Shown: positions 1 through 10,223 of the stretch, piece by piece | Layout of the letters: the number at the start of each line of letters is the position of its first letter | Position numbering within the stretch: position 1 is the stretch's first letter | Assembly: GCA_043812955.1 (NCBI GenBank) | Contig: JBDRLN010000018.1 | Location: 13,849 to 77,848 of the forward strand | DNA: 64,000 nucleotides | From: Candidatus Omnitrophota bacterium | GTDB lineage: Bacteria; Omnitrophota; Gorgyraeia; Gygaellales; Profunditerraquicolaceae | Direction of reading: 5' to 3' | Position numbers and translations under genes: made by a program | Notes under the pieces: model-generated | Databases searched by the model: none | What the model was told of the DNA's origin: nothing | The model's input: only the letters and a program-made list of their open reading frames with translations

Positions 1-752
1 GTAAAAATAAGGCTATCTACTAAATCTAAGACCCCGCCCATTCCCGGTATCAAGGAACCAGAGTCCTTGGTCTGACAATCCCTTTTGATCAGGGACTCGG
101 ATAAATCCCCTAACTGTGCCAATACGCTTAATACCAAACCCAAAATAAAAAGATGAAGATAGGAAAAAGGCAAAAACGATTTACAAACCATCGCCCCTAA
201 AACACTAAGCATTACTCCCCCAACCGCGCCCTCCACCGACTTCTTAGGAGATATTCTCGGGATAAGCGGATGTTTGCCAAAACGCGAGCCTACCAGAAAT
301 GCCCCCATATCGGTTAATTTAGTAATAATGACTACTCCGGCCAGAAAAGCTGTCCCGTTTTCTAAGAAACGTATCTTGATCAAAAAACTCAAAAACCAGG
401 AGATATAAAGAATTCCGAATATAGTAGTGGAGATCCCCACTACCGCCCCGCTTGACTCGCGGCGCTTAAACTGCATGATTATTAAAAATAATAAAGCTAA
501 AACAATTAACAAGAGCTCCCAGCTCTTAGTCAGTTCAAAACGGGACAAGATCGAAAGCGGTATTACCGCGCCCATGCCGATGCCGAAGTATTTGTAAATA
601 CTGATGCCTTTTTTCTCCAACATCGTAAAAAACTCATAAAGCCCCAGGATTATCAATAAAGTGATCACCAGGCCAGAGAGCCAATCGCTGAATATTACCA
701 GTATTGCAAGCAAGATCAGCGCTATTGAGCTTAAGATCCTTTTATTTAGCAT
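1..752 (-). CDS. cdsA: Phosphatidate cytidylyltransferase (3' end runs off the window)
   Basis: Not in the ORF track. ATG at 752-750 overlaps the uppS stop and reads MLNKRILSSIALIL. Near position 1 the frame reads SLIKRDCQTKDSGSLIPGMGGVLDLVDSLIF, the CTP_transf_1 signature. Canonical uppS-cdsA order. Confidence 0.93.
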   Translation of the reverse strand, partial: MLNKRILSSIALILLAILVIFSDWLSGLVITLLIILGLYEFFTMLEKKGISIYKYFGIGMGAVIPLSILSRFELTKSWELLLIVLALLFLIIMQFKRRESSGAVVGISTTIFGILYISWFLSFLIKIRFLENGTAFLAGVVIITKLTDMGAFLVGSRFGKHPLIPRISPKKSVEGAVGGVMLSVLGAMVCKSFLPFSYLHLFILGLVLSVLAQLGDLSESLIKRDCQTKDSGSLIPGMGGVLDLVDSLIF

Positions 753-1461
753 CTATCCCCCCGAACCTCCTCTTCCTCTCGGTAAAAGCCTCAATGGCCT
801 CTCTTAAATCATCTTTCTTAAAATCCGGCCAGCATTTTTTCACAAAATAGAATTCAGCGTAAGAAAGCTGCCAGAGTAGAAAATTACTTATCCTTATCTC
901 TCCGCTGGTACGAATTAGTAGGTCCGGGTCAGGCAGGTTCCCGGTATAAAGAAATCTCCCGAAAACCTCTTCATCCAAATCATCAATCCTAACCTTCCCC
1001 TTCAGAGCGAGATGGGCAAAATCTTTTGCCGCGTCCACTATCTCCTGGCGTGACCCGTAATTTAAAGCGAATACCAAGGTCATCTTGGAATTGCTATGAG
1101 TTTTTTCTTCTGCCGCTGCCATCTTCTTCCGGATATCTTCTGGAAAAGGGTCTTTCCTGCCGATAAACAATACCTTTATATTGTTTTTATGCAAATCCTT
1201 GATTTCATTATCCAGGAAATCTTTTAAGTAACGCATAAGAGCGTCAACCTCTTTTTTAGGCCGGTTCCAGTTCTCCGAGGAAAAAGCAAAAAGAGTAAGT
1301 ACCTTGACCCCGAGATCAGGCGCAACCCTGACTATCTCCCTGACCCGATTTATCCCCTCGCGGTGACCGATAACCCTGGGCAGCCTCCTGGCCTGGGCCC
1401 ACCTGCCGTTACCATCCATTATTATCGCGATATGCTTAGGGTTATTTTTTTTATCTATCAT
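742..1461 (-). CDS. uppS: Undecaprenyl diphosphate synthase (isoprenyl transferase)
   Basis: HIAIIMDGNGRWA, FAFSSENWNRP, NYGSRQEI and DPDLLIRTSGEIRISNFLLWQ motifs. Confidence 0.97.
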   Translation of the reverse strand: MIDKKNNPKHIAIIMDGNGRWAQARRLPRVIGHREGINRVREIVRVAPDLGVKVLTLFAFSSENWNRPKKEVDALMRYLKDFLDNEIKDLHKNNIKVLFIGRKDPFPEDIRKKMAAAEEKTHSNSKMTLVFALNYGSRQEIVDAAKDFAHLALKGKVRIDDLDEEVFGRFLYTGNLPDPDLLIRTSGEIRISNFLLWQLSYAEFYFVKKCWPDFKKDDLREAIEAFTERKRRFGGIDAK

Positions 1462-1468
1462 ATTACTC

Positions 1469-1525
1469 TAGGGGACGTTTCTATTTTTCTCTATAAAATT
1501 TCCTGAAAAATAGAAACGTCCCCTA
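1469..1525. repeat. Inverted repeat (REP-like family A, TAGGGGACGTTTCTATTTTTC arms)
   Basis: 21-bp arms at 1469-1489 and 1505-1525 are reverse complements. A 19-bp copy of one arm recurs at 52272-52290. Confidence 0.85.
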
Positions 1526-1582
1526 ATTTAAACTCAAAGTTCAAAACGTTTTATTTTTACGTTTTTCGCTTTGAGCTTTAAA

Positions 1583-3166
1583 CTACTGATGGACTCGATA
1601 ATCTATTTCCGGGAAGATATTATCTTTGTATTCGATTTCCGTTAGCCATTCCTGGTCAATGGAATTTGACTTTATGTCTTCGTATAGGCGTGTAAAATTC
1701 AAAATGTGGTCTTTGGTCCTGCGGACTGCATAAGAAGTATGCGTTCCCGTGCCCATGATAAATGCCCAATCTGAACTCTGGGCCAAAAGTAATTCCCGTA
1801 AAGCCTGGTTTAATGCCCTTTTAAATAAACCGTTGGTATTAGAATAGGACCTGACGAGCTCAGTCATTCGCCCGGATGCGCTATGTAAATGCCGGTAGAT
1901 CCAGTCATTCGAGCCCTGCAGCCACATCTCAGAATAACCCTTCCATCCCCAGCTGGACATCGAAGGAGTAATCACCTGGTTACGCGGATTCTCAGCCAAA
2001 TATTCCGAAGGCGTAATCAACCGTATTATATCCTGATCACAAGAGATCTTACGGATCAGAAAATCCAACCACTGCGGGCCTTCATACCACCAATGCCCGT
2101 ATAATTCTGCGTCATAAGGAGAAATTATCAAAGGTTTCTTGCCGATAAAATCATTCAGGTATTCAACCTGCTTCTGGCGGTTAAACATAAAATTCCCGGC
2201 GTGTTCCGCGCACTTTTCAGTGGCCCATTCCGGGACATAAGGCTCTTTGTGGTTTCCCGTACCGGTTATACGATAATATTTTATCCCAGTAGCAATCCTT
2301 ACTCCGTCAGGATGGATATAAGGCCGGATGTAATTATACTCGCAGTCAAAACCGATATCCCGGTAGAATTCCCGGTAATTATAATCCCCCGGATAACCTT
2401 CGATCGAAGACCAAACCTGCTTGGAAGATTCCAGGTCCCTGCTAAAGCAGGCAACACCCGTGCCCTTGCAATACACCGGGGCGAATACCCCGTATTTAGG
2501 CCTGGGAGTGCCGTGTAAAACTCCGTGGGCATCGGAAAAAAAATATTTTAGGCCTGCCTCTTTTAGGATCTCATCCTGGCCCGGCTGAAAACCGCATTCC
2601 GGAAGCCAGATGCCCCTGGGCCTTCTGCCGTATACGCTCTCATAATGGCTGACAGCTACCTTGACCTGAGCCCTTACTGATTCTTTACAAACATCCATAA
2701 GCGGAAAATATCCATGGGTTGCCCCGCAGGTAATGATCTCCAGTTTTCCCAGGTCCTGAAACCTCTTAAAAGCCATCGCTAGATTCCTCTTGTATTTTTC
2801 AAAAGTATCCCTGGCCCGGCAAAAAGTATTCAGATACATTATTGCCAGACGTTGAAATTCCGGCTGCCAACTAGTCCTTTCTATTTCTTTATGGGCCAGT
2901 TCGATCAGCCTATTGATATGTTTTACATAGCGTTCCTGCAAAAGCTGGTCGCAAAACATCGCGGTCAGGGTCGGGGTTACCGACATGGTAATCCTAAAGT
3001 CTATTTTGTCTTCCATTAATTTTTCGTAGACCCAGATCAGTGGCAGATAAGTTTCAGTGATCGCCTCATAAAACCAATCTTCCTCCAGAAAATCCTCGTG
3101 TTCAGGATGCCGGACATAGGGGAGATGACTGTGCAGGACTAAACAAAGGTATCCTTTATTAGACAT
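1583..3166 (-). CDS. GH57 family 1,4-alpha-glucan branching enzyme (DUF1957 domain)
   Basis: HSHLPYVRH, EAITETYLPL, GIWLPECG, YDAELYGHWWYEG and ELLLAQSSDWAFI motifs. Start placed at MSNKGYL (3166) because the ORF-track extension runs into an intergenic repeat. Confidence 0.92.
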   Translation of the reverse strand: MSNKGYLCLVLHSHLPYVRHPEHEDFLEEDWFYEAITETYLPLIWVYEKLMEDKIDFRITMSVTPTLTAMFCDQLLQERYVKHINRLIELAHKEIERTSWQPEFQRLAIMYLNTFCRARDTFEKYKRNLAMAFKRFQDLGKLEIITCGATHGYFPLMDVCKESVRAQVKVAVSHYESVYGRRPRGIWLPECGFQPGQDEILKEAGLKYFFSDAHGVLHGTPRPKYGVFAPVYCKGTGVACFSRDLESSKQVWSSIEGYPGDYNYREFYRDIGFDCEYNYIRPYIHPDGVRIATGIKYYRITGTGNHKEPYVPEWATEKCAEHAGNFMFNRQKQVEYLNDFIGKKPLIISPYDAELYGHWWYEGPQWLDFLIRKISCDQDIIRLITPSEYLAENPRNQVITPSMSSWGWKGYSEMWLQGSNDWIYRHLHSASGRMTELVRSYSNTNGLFKRALNQALRELLLAQSSDWAFIMGTGTHTSYAVRRTKDHILNFTRLYEDIKSNSIDQEWLTEIEYKDNIFPEIDYRVHQ

Positions 3167-3186
3167 GTCTATCTTTCTTTTTTTTT

Positions 3187-3281
3187 CACGGATTCTCACG
3201 GATTTATTATACGGATTTTCACAGATTATCCGCGTAAATTTATCCGCGTAAATCCGTTATTTTATCCGTGTATATCCGTGT
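3187..3281. repeat. CACGGAT/ATCCG(T/C)G short-period inverted repeat cluster (family B)
   Basis: Tandem CACGGAT-type units followed by ATCCGCG/ATCCGTG units. 27 bp (3240-3266) are identical to 14762-14788. Confidence 0.8.
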
Positions 3282-3294
3282 CAATTCAAAATTA

Positions 3295-4338
3295 TCACTT
3301 CAGCACTTGGCTGGACTTGGTTTCGCGGGATACTATCGGAGTGATAGTCCTCTCTTCCAACTCGTCGCTAGCAACAGCCTTAACCGGAATTACCTGTTTT
3401 CCGTCAGGAAGCGCGTAACGTAAAGTAAAAGTCCCATCCGGCCTTAATTTTATCGGCTTACCCTGAACGGATACTTTAGCGTCCGGTTCAGTAGCCCCGT
3501 AGACAATTAATTCGCAATCCACAACTAACCAAAATTTCCTGATCTTGGGAATTTTTTTAACCGGGCTGGCCATTGAGGCCATTCCCGGAGAAGCCAAGAT
3601 CCCGGAGAATAAGGCTTTTTTTACCCTCTCCTGCCAGGCCTTTCCTACGGGCGAACTCTGACCCAATCCAAAACCCATACCGTAAAGCTTGCCGAAAATC
3701 TCTTCAGGAATCATCCATTCTTCATCGCTGATCCAGGATGGCCCATCAAGCGGAGATTGAACTGTATTGGAACGAACTATGGTTATAAATTCTCCGTTGG
3801 GAAGTTTTAAACCAAAATCTGCACACCATGACCTCCCTGGACCGGCAGCATCAATATACCAGGTATTGGCATCATGATTAATCTCTATATCGAAAAATTT
3901 ATGCGCGTTCTTGCCATTAAAAATAATCTGGCTGACATCATAAACCCTGAGCGTTTTTTTAGCTGAATGAAATATATCTTTAAGCTGCTGCTTTAACTTG
4001 GCCCAGGTATTTAAGGTCACTTCCCAGTAAGAATGCAACCACCAGGGATCGCGAATCTGTAAAATAATCTCATCCTTATTATATCCTCCGGGCAAATCAT
4101 GAGGCATGGGCCTGGGCAATTGTTTCGCCTGAAGAAAAGAAAATTTAGCCCTTTCTATCTCCATCTGCTGCAGCCCCAACATATCCTTAAGGGGCATCTC
4201 AATAGTATTCTTTTTAGAAATAGTGCCTTTACGTATGCGACTTAAAACTTTACGTTTAACTGAGGCCGGAGTAGACTTTCTCTTGGGAATTATTTTGGAA
4301 AGCCTGTCTTTAATTTTGCGTATTTTTGTCATAGCCAT
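3295..4338 (-). CDS. DUF4912 domain protein
   Basis: LQIRDPWWLHSYWEV, LRVYDVS, RSNTV and C-terminal FWLVVDCELIVYGATEPDA..DGTF motifs. Lies beside the GH57 gene, a common pairing. AGGAGGT Shine-Dalgarno upstream. Confidence 0.85.
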   Translation of the reverse strand: MAMTKIRKIKDRLSKIIPKRKSTPASVKRKVLSRIRKGTISKKNTIEMPLKDMLGLQQMEIERAKFSFLQAKQLPRPMPHDLPGGYNKDEIILQIRDPWWLHSYWEVTLNTWAKLKQQLKDIFHSAKKTLRVYDVSQIIFNGKNAHKFFDIEINHDANTWYIDAAGPGRSWCADFGLKLPNGEFITIVRSNTVQSPLDGPSWISDEEWMIPEEIFGKLYGMGFGLGQSSPVGKAWQERVKKALFSGILASPGMASMASPVKKIPKIRKFWLVVDCELIVYGATEPDAKVSVQGKPIKLRPDGTFTLRYALPDGKQVIPVKAVASDELEERTITPIVSRETKSSQVLK

Positions 4339-4469
4339 ATCTCATTACCTCCTTCCGCAGTAAGCGGAATACTTAGCACTACGATTACCTGGGGCGCCGC
4401 AACAAAAAAAGGGTTAAATATCCCCTCTTTTCTACAATTTATTATTTTGCGCCGTCTTCTTTTTTTAAA

Positions 4470-4847
4470 TCATTTATTGATTATTGATTTGCTGTTTACC
4501 GAGGCGTCTTTAAACTCCTCTCCCAGGGCCTCTTTAACCTGGGTAACTTTAACCATCCCTTCTTTCAAATCCTTACTGACCAATCTCTCCTGATCCAATA
4601 GCTTTTTGGTCGCCTCATGGCTGGCTTTTTCATTCTGTAATTCCTTATCCTTGGCCATTAGCTGGAAATCCCGGCCCTTTTTTTCGTCCTGTAATTTCTC
4701 TTCAGCCTCAAGACGGGCATACATCTCCTTATCTTTCATATTCTTCTGCTTTTGAATATTTCCGCAGGATTTAATCGTAGTTATTAAAAATACCAACGTA
4801 AGTAAAACCAATATTGGAAAAAGTTTACCCCGGATATCCTCCTCCAT
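4470..4847 (-). CDS. Hypothetical membrane-anchored coiled-coil protein
   Basis: N-terminal hydrophobic helix followed by a charged heptad-like region. Fills the gap in the operon orientation. Confidence 0.7.
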   Translation of the reverse strand: MEEDIRGKLFPILVLLTLVFLITTIKSCGNIQKQKNMKDKEMYARLEAEEKLQDEKKGRDFQLMAKDKELQNEKASHEATKKLLDQERLVSKDLKEGMVKVTQVKEALGEEFKDASVNSKSIINK

Positions 4848-4868
4848 TTATATCGCCCTCATAAAAAC

Positions 4869-4967
4869 AGGTTAAAAAGGTTAAATAGATTAAAAAAATT
4901 AAGAGGGTTGCGGAAATAAATCCGACAACCTCTTTAACATTCTCAACTTTCTTAACATTCTTAACCT
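4869..4967. repeat. 9-bp period imperfect inverted repeat (AGGTTAAAA / TTCTTAACC type)
   Basis: Roughly 9-mer units on the left are mirrored by ..TTAACATTC.. units on the right. Confidence 0.6.
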
Positions 4968-4970
4968 CGA

Positions 4971-5615
4971 TTATTTAATGTTTTCCTTCGGTTCCTTAAG
5001 CCCTTCGGAATCCTTAATCTCTTTAACCTTAGTAGTCTTAGGCAGAATCACGATCTCAACCCTGCGGTTAAGCCTTCTGCCCTCTTTGGAATCATTAGCG
5101 CTGACCGGATGATATTCACCGTAACCTATAGCAGACAAACGCTCAGGCAATAAACTCTTTTGATCGATAAGATAATGTAAAACGCTTAAGGCCCGGGCAG
5201 TAGATAACTCCCAGTTTGACTTCCAGCTGGATACCTTAATAGGTTCGTTATCGCTATGCCCCTCTATGCCTACCTTAAATTCCGGGATATTCTCTTGTAA
5301 AACCCGGGCAACTTTATCCAGTATCGGCATCGCCTCAAGCCTGATCTTATCCTTCCCGGAATCAAATAATATATCTGCTACAAAAGTAATTACCAGGCCC
5401 TTTTCCATCATTTTAAGCCGGACGTTTTTATCCTTGATCTCCTGGGACAACCTTTTCTCCAGAATGTCTTTCACCTGGCTTAATTCATCTACCTGCTTGG
5501 ATAAATTCTCGATCTTCTGCAGATCTGAACGCCTCCCCCCCTGAAAAACAAAAGTGCACCCGTTCAAGCCTAAGGCTGAAATCAATATCATAAATAAAAT
5601 TTGCTTTTTCATCAC
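4971..5615 (-). CDS. OmpA/MotB-family peptidoglycan-binding lipoprotein
   Basis: Lipobox LNGC, then LFDSG, IEGHSDN, NWELSTARA, GYGEYHP and NRRVEI. Confidence 0.9.
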   Translation of the reverse strand: MMKKQILFMILISALGLNGCTFVFQGGRRSDLQKIENLSKQVDELSQVKDILEKRLSQEIKDKNVRLKMMEKGLVITFVADILFDSGKDKIRLEAMPILDKVARVLQENIPEFKVGIEGHSDNEPIKVSSWKSNWELSTARALSVLHYLIDQKSLLPERLSAIGYGEYHPVSANDSKEGRRLNRRVEIVILPKTTKVKEIKDSEGLKEPKENIK

Positions 5616-5668
5616 AACCTCCTAGTTCTTTACAGTGTTTTTTATAGTATCATAACCTCAAATTATAG

Positions 5669-6952
<1,284 letters not shown>

Positions 6953-6977
6953 TTAATTATTGCCTTGCATTAATAAA

Positions 6978-7046
6978 AGGTACAGGTAAAGGTATAGGTA
7001 GAGATTTTGTCTTTGTTTTTCTTTACCTATACCTCTTCCTCTACCT
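6978..7046. repeat. AGGTAN hexamer inverted repeat (family C)
   Basis: AGGTAC/AGGTAA/AGGTAT/AGGTAG units mirrored by TACCT units. A sister element lies at 11845-11924. Confidence 0.75.
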
Positions 7047-7062
7047 ACTTCTATATTTGTCC

Positions 7063-8307
7063 CTATTCTGGCGACATGGTGAATATCTTACGGGCGATAT
7101 CCGAATATTTTCCGATAAATTTCAACTCATCGTCCACTAAGGGTTTTTGGTTATGTATATTGGCGTAACGGGCCAGTTCCAGGATCTCGGTAGCCTCTTT
7201 CTCGTCTTTAAAAACTATCTCCAACTTATCATAAACATTCCGAAAACCCTTGATCCCGGAATATTCGCCGACAGTAATCTTCCTGCCGGTTTCAATAATC
7301 TCCGGTTCGCCCCGGCCTAATTCCTCATAATCATAAAGTTCATAATTACGCCTGTCCTTTAATGCCCCATCAGCATGAATACCGGATTCATGGGCAAAGG
7401 CATTTGAGCCTACGCCAGGCTGATTTATCGGTATAGGTATGCCGAAGGCGTACGAGGCATATTTACAGATCTTCCAGGCTATCTTTAAATCTACTTTCTC
7501 ATCCAGGCGATACTTATCCTTGATCTGACTGCCATATTTTAGCGCCAATATTACCGCGACTAAATCCGCATTACCCGCCCGCTCACCCATCCCATTAATG
7601 CAGGTATTAATAAAAGCATCATACCCAGCGTCATTAACCGCCATTGCCCCGGCAACTGAATTAGCCACCACCATACCTAAATCATTATGGCAATGGACTT
7701 CAATAGGCATCTGCACTTCTTCGGTTATTTTCTTAATCCGGTCATAGATGCTAAACGCAGAATCAAAACCTAAAGTATCGCAATATCTAAGCCGGTCCGC
7801 TCCCGCGGCCTTGGCTGCCTGGCCAAATTCAATCAGGTACTCCATCCGCGAACGCGAGGCATCCTCGGCATTAACCCCGATAGTCTGCGCTCCCAATTTA
7901 CGAGCCTCTTTAACCGCCTCAGCCATCTCTTTGATTATTGAAGCGTAATCTAATTTACCTTTAAACTTATGCTCAATCATCTGATCCGAGGTAGAAATAG
8001 ATAAATTTAAATGTTTTATCGCAGGCACCAACTTATACGCCTGCCGGACATCTTCCTTGATCGCCCTAAGCCACCCCCCTAAATGGATAGGAGATAATAC
8101 TCCCTTTTTAACCAGTTCCAGGTTGGCATTAAGGTAATTAGTCTCATGGTGGGTGATAGGAAAACCGAACTCGCTCTGATATGCCCCCATTTCATTCAGG
8201 TACAGATTGATCATTGTCTTCTGAAGCTTGGATAAACAGATCCGCGATGTCTGAACCCCGTCCCGGTTGGTAACGTCAATTAAATAAATCTTTGGTTTAT
8301 TAGCCAT
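7063..8307 (-). CDS. DRE-TIM metallolyase, homocitrate synthase (NifV)-like
   Basis: DVTNRDGVQ, AEDASR, CDTLG, HCHNDLG, GMGERAGNA and FAHESGIHADG motifs. Exact substrate uncertain. Confidence 0.85.
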   Translation of the reverse strand: MANKPKIYLIDVTNRDGVQTSRICLSKLQKTMINLYLNEMGAYQSEFGFPITHHETNYLNANLELVKKGVLSPIHLGGWLRAIKEDVRQAYKLVPAIKHLNLSISTSDQMIEHKFKGKLDYASIIKEMAEAVKEARKLGAQTIGVNAEDASRSRMEYLIEFGQAAKAAGADRLRYCDTLGFDSAFSIYDRIKKITEEVQMPIEVHCHNDLGMVVANSVAGAMAVNDAGYDAFINTCINGMGERAGNADLVAVILALKYGSQIKDKYRLDEKVDLKIAWKICKYASYAFGIPIPINQPGVGSNAFAHESGIHADGALKDRRNYELYDYEELGRGEPEIIETGRKITVGEYSGIKGFRNVYDKLEIVFKDEKEATEILELARYANIHNQKPLVDDELKFIGKYSDIARKIFTMSPE

Positions 8308-8327
8308 CTTATCACCTCTTATCAGTT

Positions 8328-10223
8328 TTACCTCTTTATAATCTTTCTGAGGTCTTCTTTAGAAGGAACACCCTTGGAACTAAAAACCTCCCTATTATTT
8401 AATAGATAAGTTGGCCCGAACATGACCATTAATTCTTTATTCAGGCTTATATTCTCCCTCAATAAATTTTTTCCCTCATCAGACTGAGCGCAGGCCTTAA
8501 TCTTCGCGGTATCGAATTTACCCAGGCCGCAGTCATCCCACCAGGAAGTAAAGCTATTTTTCGCCCGGCAGCTGATATAGTCCCAGAAATATTCCGGAAA
8601 ATGTTTCTGCACACATACACTACGCAAGGCCTCTTCAACTTCCGCAATACCTTTAGGGGCCTCAAATTTATCTTCTTTCTCCACTGCCAGAAAATGTACT
8701 ATAGGATTAAATTCTTTTAATGAATCGAGTGACGCGAAACTATCCTTATCAAATAAGCTAAAAAATAGATCCAACCTGCCCTTAACAAATTCGCGATTAA
8801 GAAAATACGACATACCTGACATCTGAGGCAAAACCTGATAGAATTCATTTTTTAATTCTAGATTATTTTTCAGGTTCTCGAATTCCTTTTCCTTCTCCAG
8901 CTCTTTACCCAGAAAATAAGCCGGTAGACTTAGGATATCAAACTCCCGGATTAATTTATCCGCTTCCTTACCCGGGTAAGGGACTTCCCTAACTTCTAGC
9001 CCGTTGATCTTCTTCTTAAAGAAATTTACCATCGGGTTAATATCACATACCGCGCAAGACTTAGGGCTAATAACCAAAAACCGCACTTTTTGGGCCGCGG
9101 TAAACAGGCATTGAGATCTGATTTCGCCGGGATTCTGGCAGGTCCCAATCATTTTTTCTTTTTTACAGTTACTCTCGGAAAAACAGCGCGGGAGCACTAA
9201 ACTTATATCATCGTCATCAATTATTTTATCCGACAAACGTAATTCATCTATCCTGTAATCGGAAATTTTTTTATCTTTTATATTTAAAACTGCCTTGCCT
9301 AATCTACGGCCCTGCCAAGCCGGCCTTAATATCAAAGTGGAATTTACCTTAGCAAAGATACTCTCCTTTAAACGGCTATGCCCGATTATGACTACGTCGA
9401 TACCCGGCACATTTTTAATCAGCCTAACATCCTCATCTTCGCCTAACTGGCTTAACAATATAATTATATCAACGGATTTGGATTTAAGCTCATCTACTAC
9501 CTGTTTAACCTTAGTCCCGGGGTCCGCTATATCCAAACCCCCGGTTTTAGGAGCGATTGAAACCGGGGCAACTCCGATTATCCCGATCTTTACGCCAGCC
9601 AGCTCTTTTATCACGTAAGGCAAAACGTTATCTAATTTTAAATTACTGGAGACAAAATTTACTTTAGTTTCTTTTATAGCTTGCTGGAGAAATTCCCGGC
9701 CAAAATTAAACTCATTATCCCCTAAATTCAGGGCGTCGTATTTCATTAACTCCAGGGATTTAAGGTTTACCCGGGTCCGTTTCTTATCTAAATCCGTGTT
9801 CTGGGTATATTCATCCGTTAGTCCGCTGGCAAAAAATCCGCCTGAATCCAAAACTAAGGTATTGGCATTTTTTGCCCTTATTTCCTTTATCCGGCTAGCT
9901 CTCCGGGCTACCCCGCCGTCGGATTCTATCGGGCAGCTGCAGGGATAAAGCATAGAGTGGGTCTCGCCGGTGTAAAGTAGGGTGATTTCCTCGGCAAAAC
10001 AGGGAAACGCAAAATTCAAAACTAAAAACGTAAAACTGAAACTCAAAACTAAAAAAGTTTTTCCCGTCCAGCGCTTAAGCCATAGGGCGGGATCCCGCAT
10101 AAAAAATATTAGATTCCCAGCGGGAAAACTTTTAGTTGTAACCTTGCGCTTTTCCTGCCTAACTGCCGGATAGGCAGGCCTGCCGGCAGGCAGGGCGCTT
10201 TGCGCTTTTAACTTAATGGTCAT
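8328..10223 (-). CDS. Exported 5'-nucleotidase/metallophosphoesterase-like protein with C-terminal Cys-containing thioredoxin-like domains
   Basis: LLYTGETHS-PCSCP-GGVARR, DSGG, LGDNEF, LLSQLG and GHS motifs, later CAVC and GPTYLLN. Signal-like stretch ends PCFA. True start uncertain, possibly MRDP near 10100. Confidence 0.72.
   Translation of the reverse strand: MTIKLKAQSALPAGRPAYPAVRQEKRKVTTKSFPAGNLIFFMRDPALWLKRWTGKTFLVLSFSFTFLVLNFAFPCFAEEITLLYTGETHSMLYPCSCPIESDGGVARRASRIKEIRAKNANTLVLDSGGFFASGLTDEYTQNTDLDKKRTRVNLKSLELMKYDALNLGDNEFNFGREFLQQAIKETKVNFVSSNLKLDNVLPYVIKELAGVKIGIIGVAPVSIAPKTGGLDIADPGTKVKQVVDELKSKSVDIIILLSQLGEDEDVRLIKNVPGIDVVIIGHSRLKESIFAKVNSTLILRPAWQGRRLGKAVLNIKDKKISDYRIDELRLSDKIIDDDDISLVLPRCFSESNCKKEKMIGTCQNPGEIRSQCLFTAAQKVRFLVISPKSCAVCDINPMVNFFKKKINGLEVREVPYPGKEADKLIREFDILSLPAYFLGKELEKEKEFENLKNNLELKNEFYQVLPQMSGMSYFLNREFVKGRLDLFFSLFDKDSFASLDSLKEFNPIVHFLAVEKEDKFEAPKGIAEVEEALRSVCVQKHFPEYFWDYISCRAKNSFTSWWDDCGLGKFDTAKIKACAQSDEGKNLLRENISLNKELMVMFGPTYLLNNREVFSSKGVPSKEDLRKIIKR
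10010..10212. repeat. Composite REP-like element: AAAACT short-period arms, TTCCCG..GCGGGAA stem and CCTGCCGGCAGG palindrome
   Basis: AAAA(C/T)T units at 10010-10055 are mirrored by TTTTAG/TTGCGC units at 10130-10212. The central part resembles 18870-18941. GGCAGGCCTGCCGGCAGGCAGG at about 10173-10194. Confidence 0.65.

Noticed and set aside
9925-9950. Selenocysteine in the CxC motif of the metallophosphoesterase
   Set aside because: Both residues are encoded by TGC (Cys) and there is no in-frame TGA.
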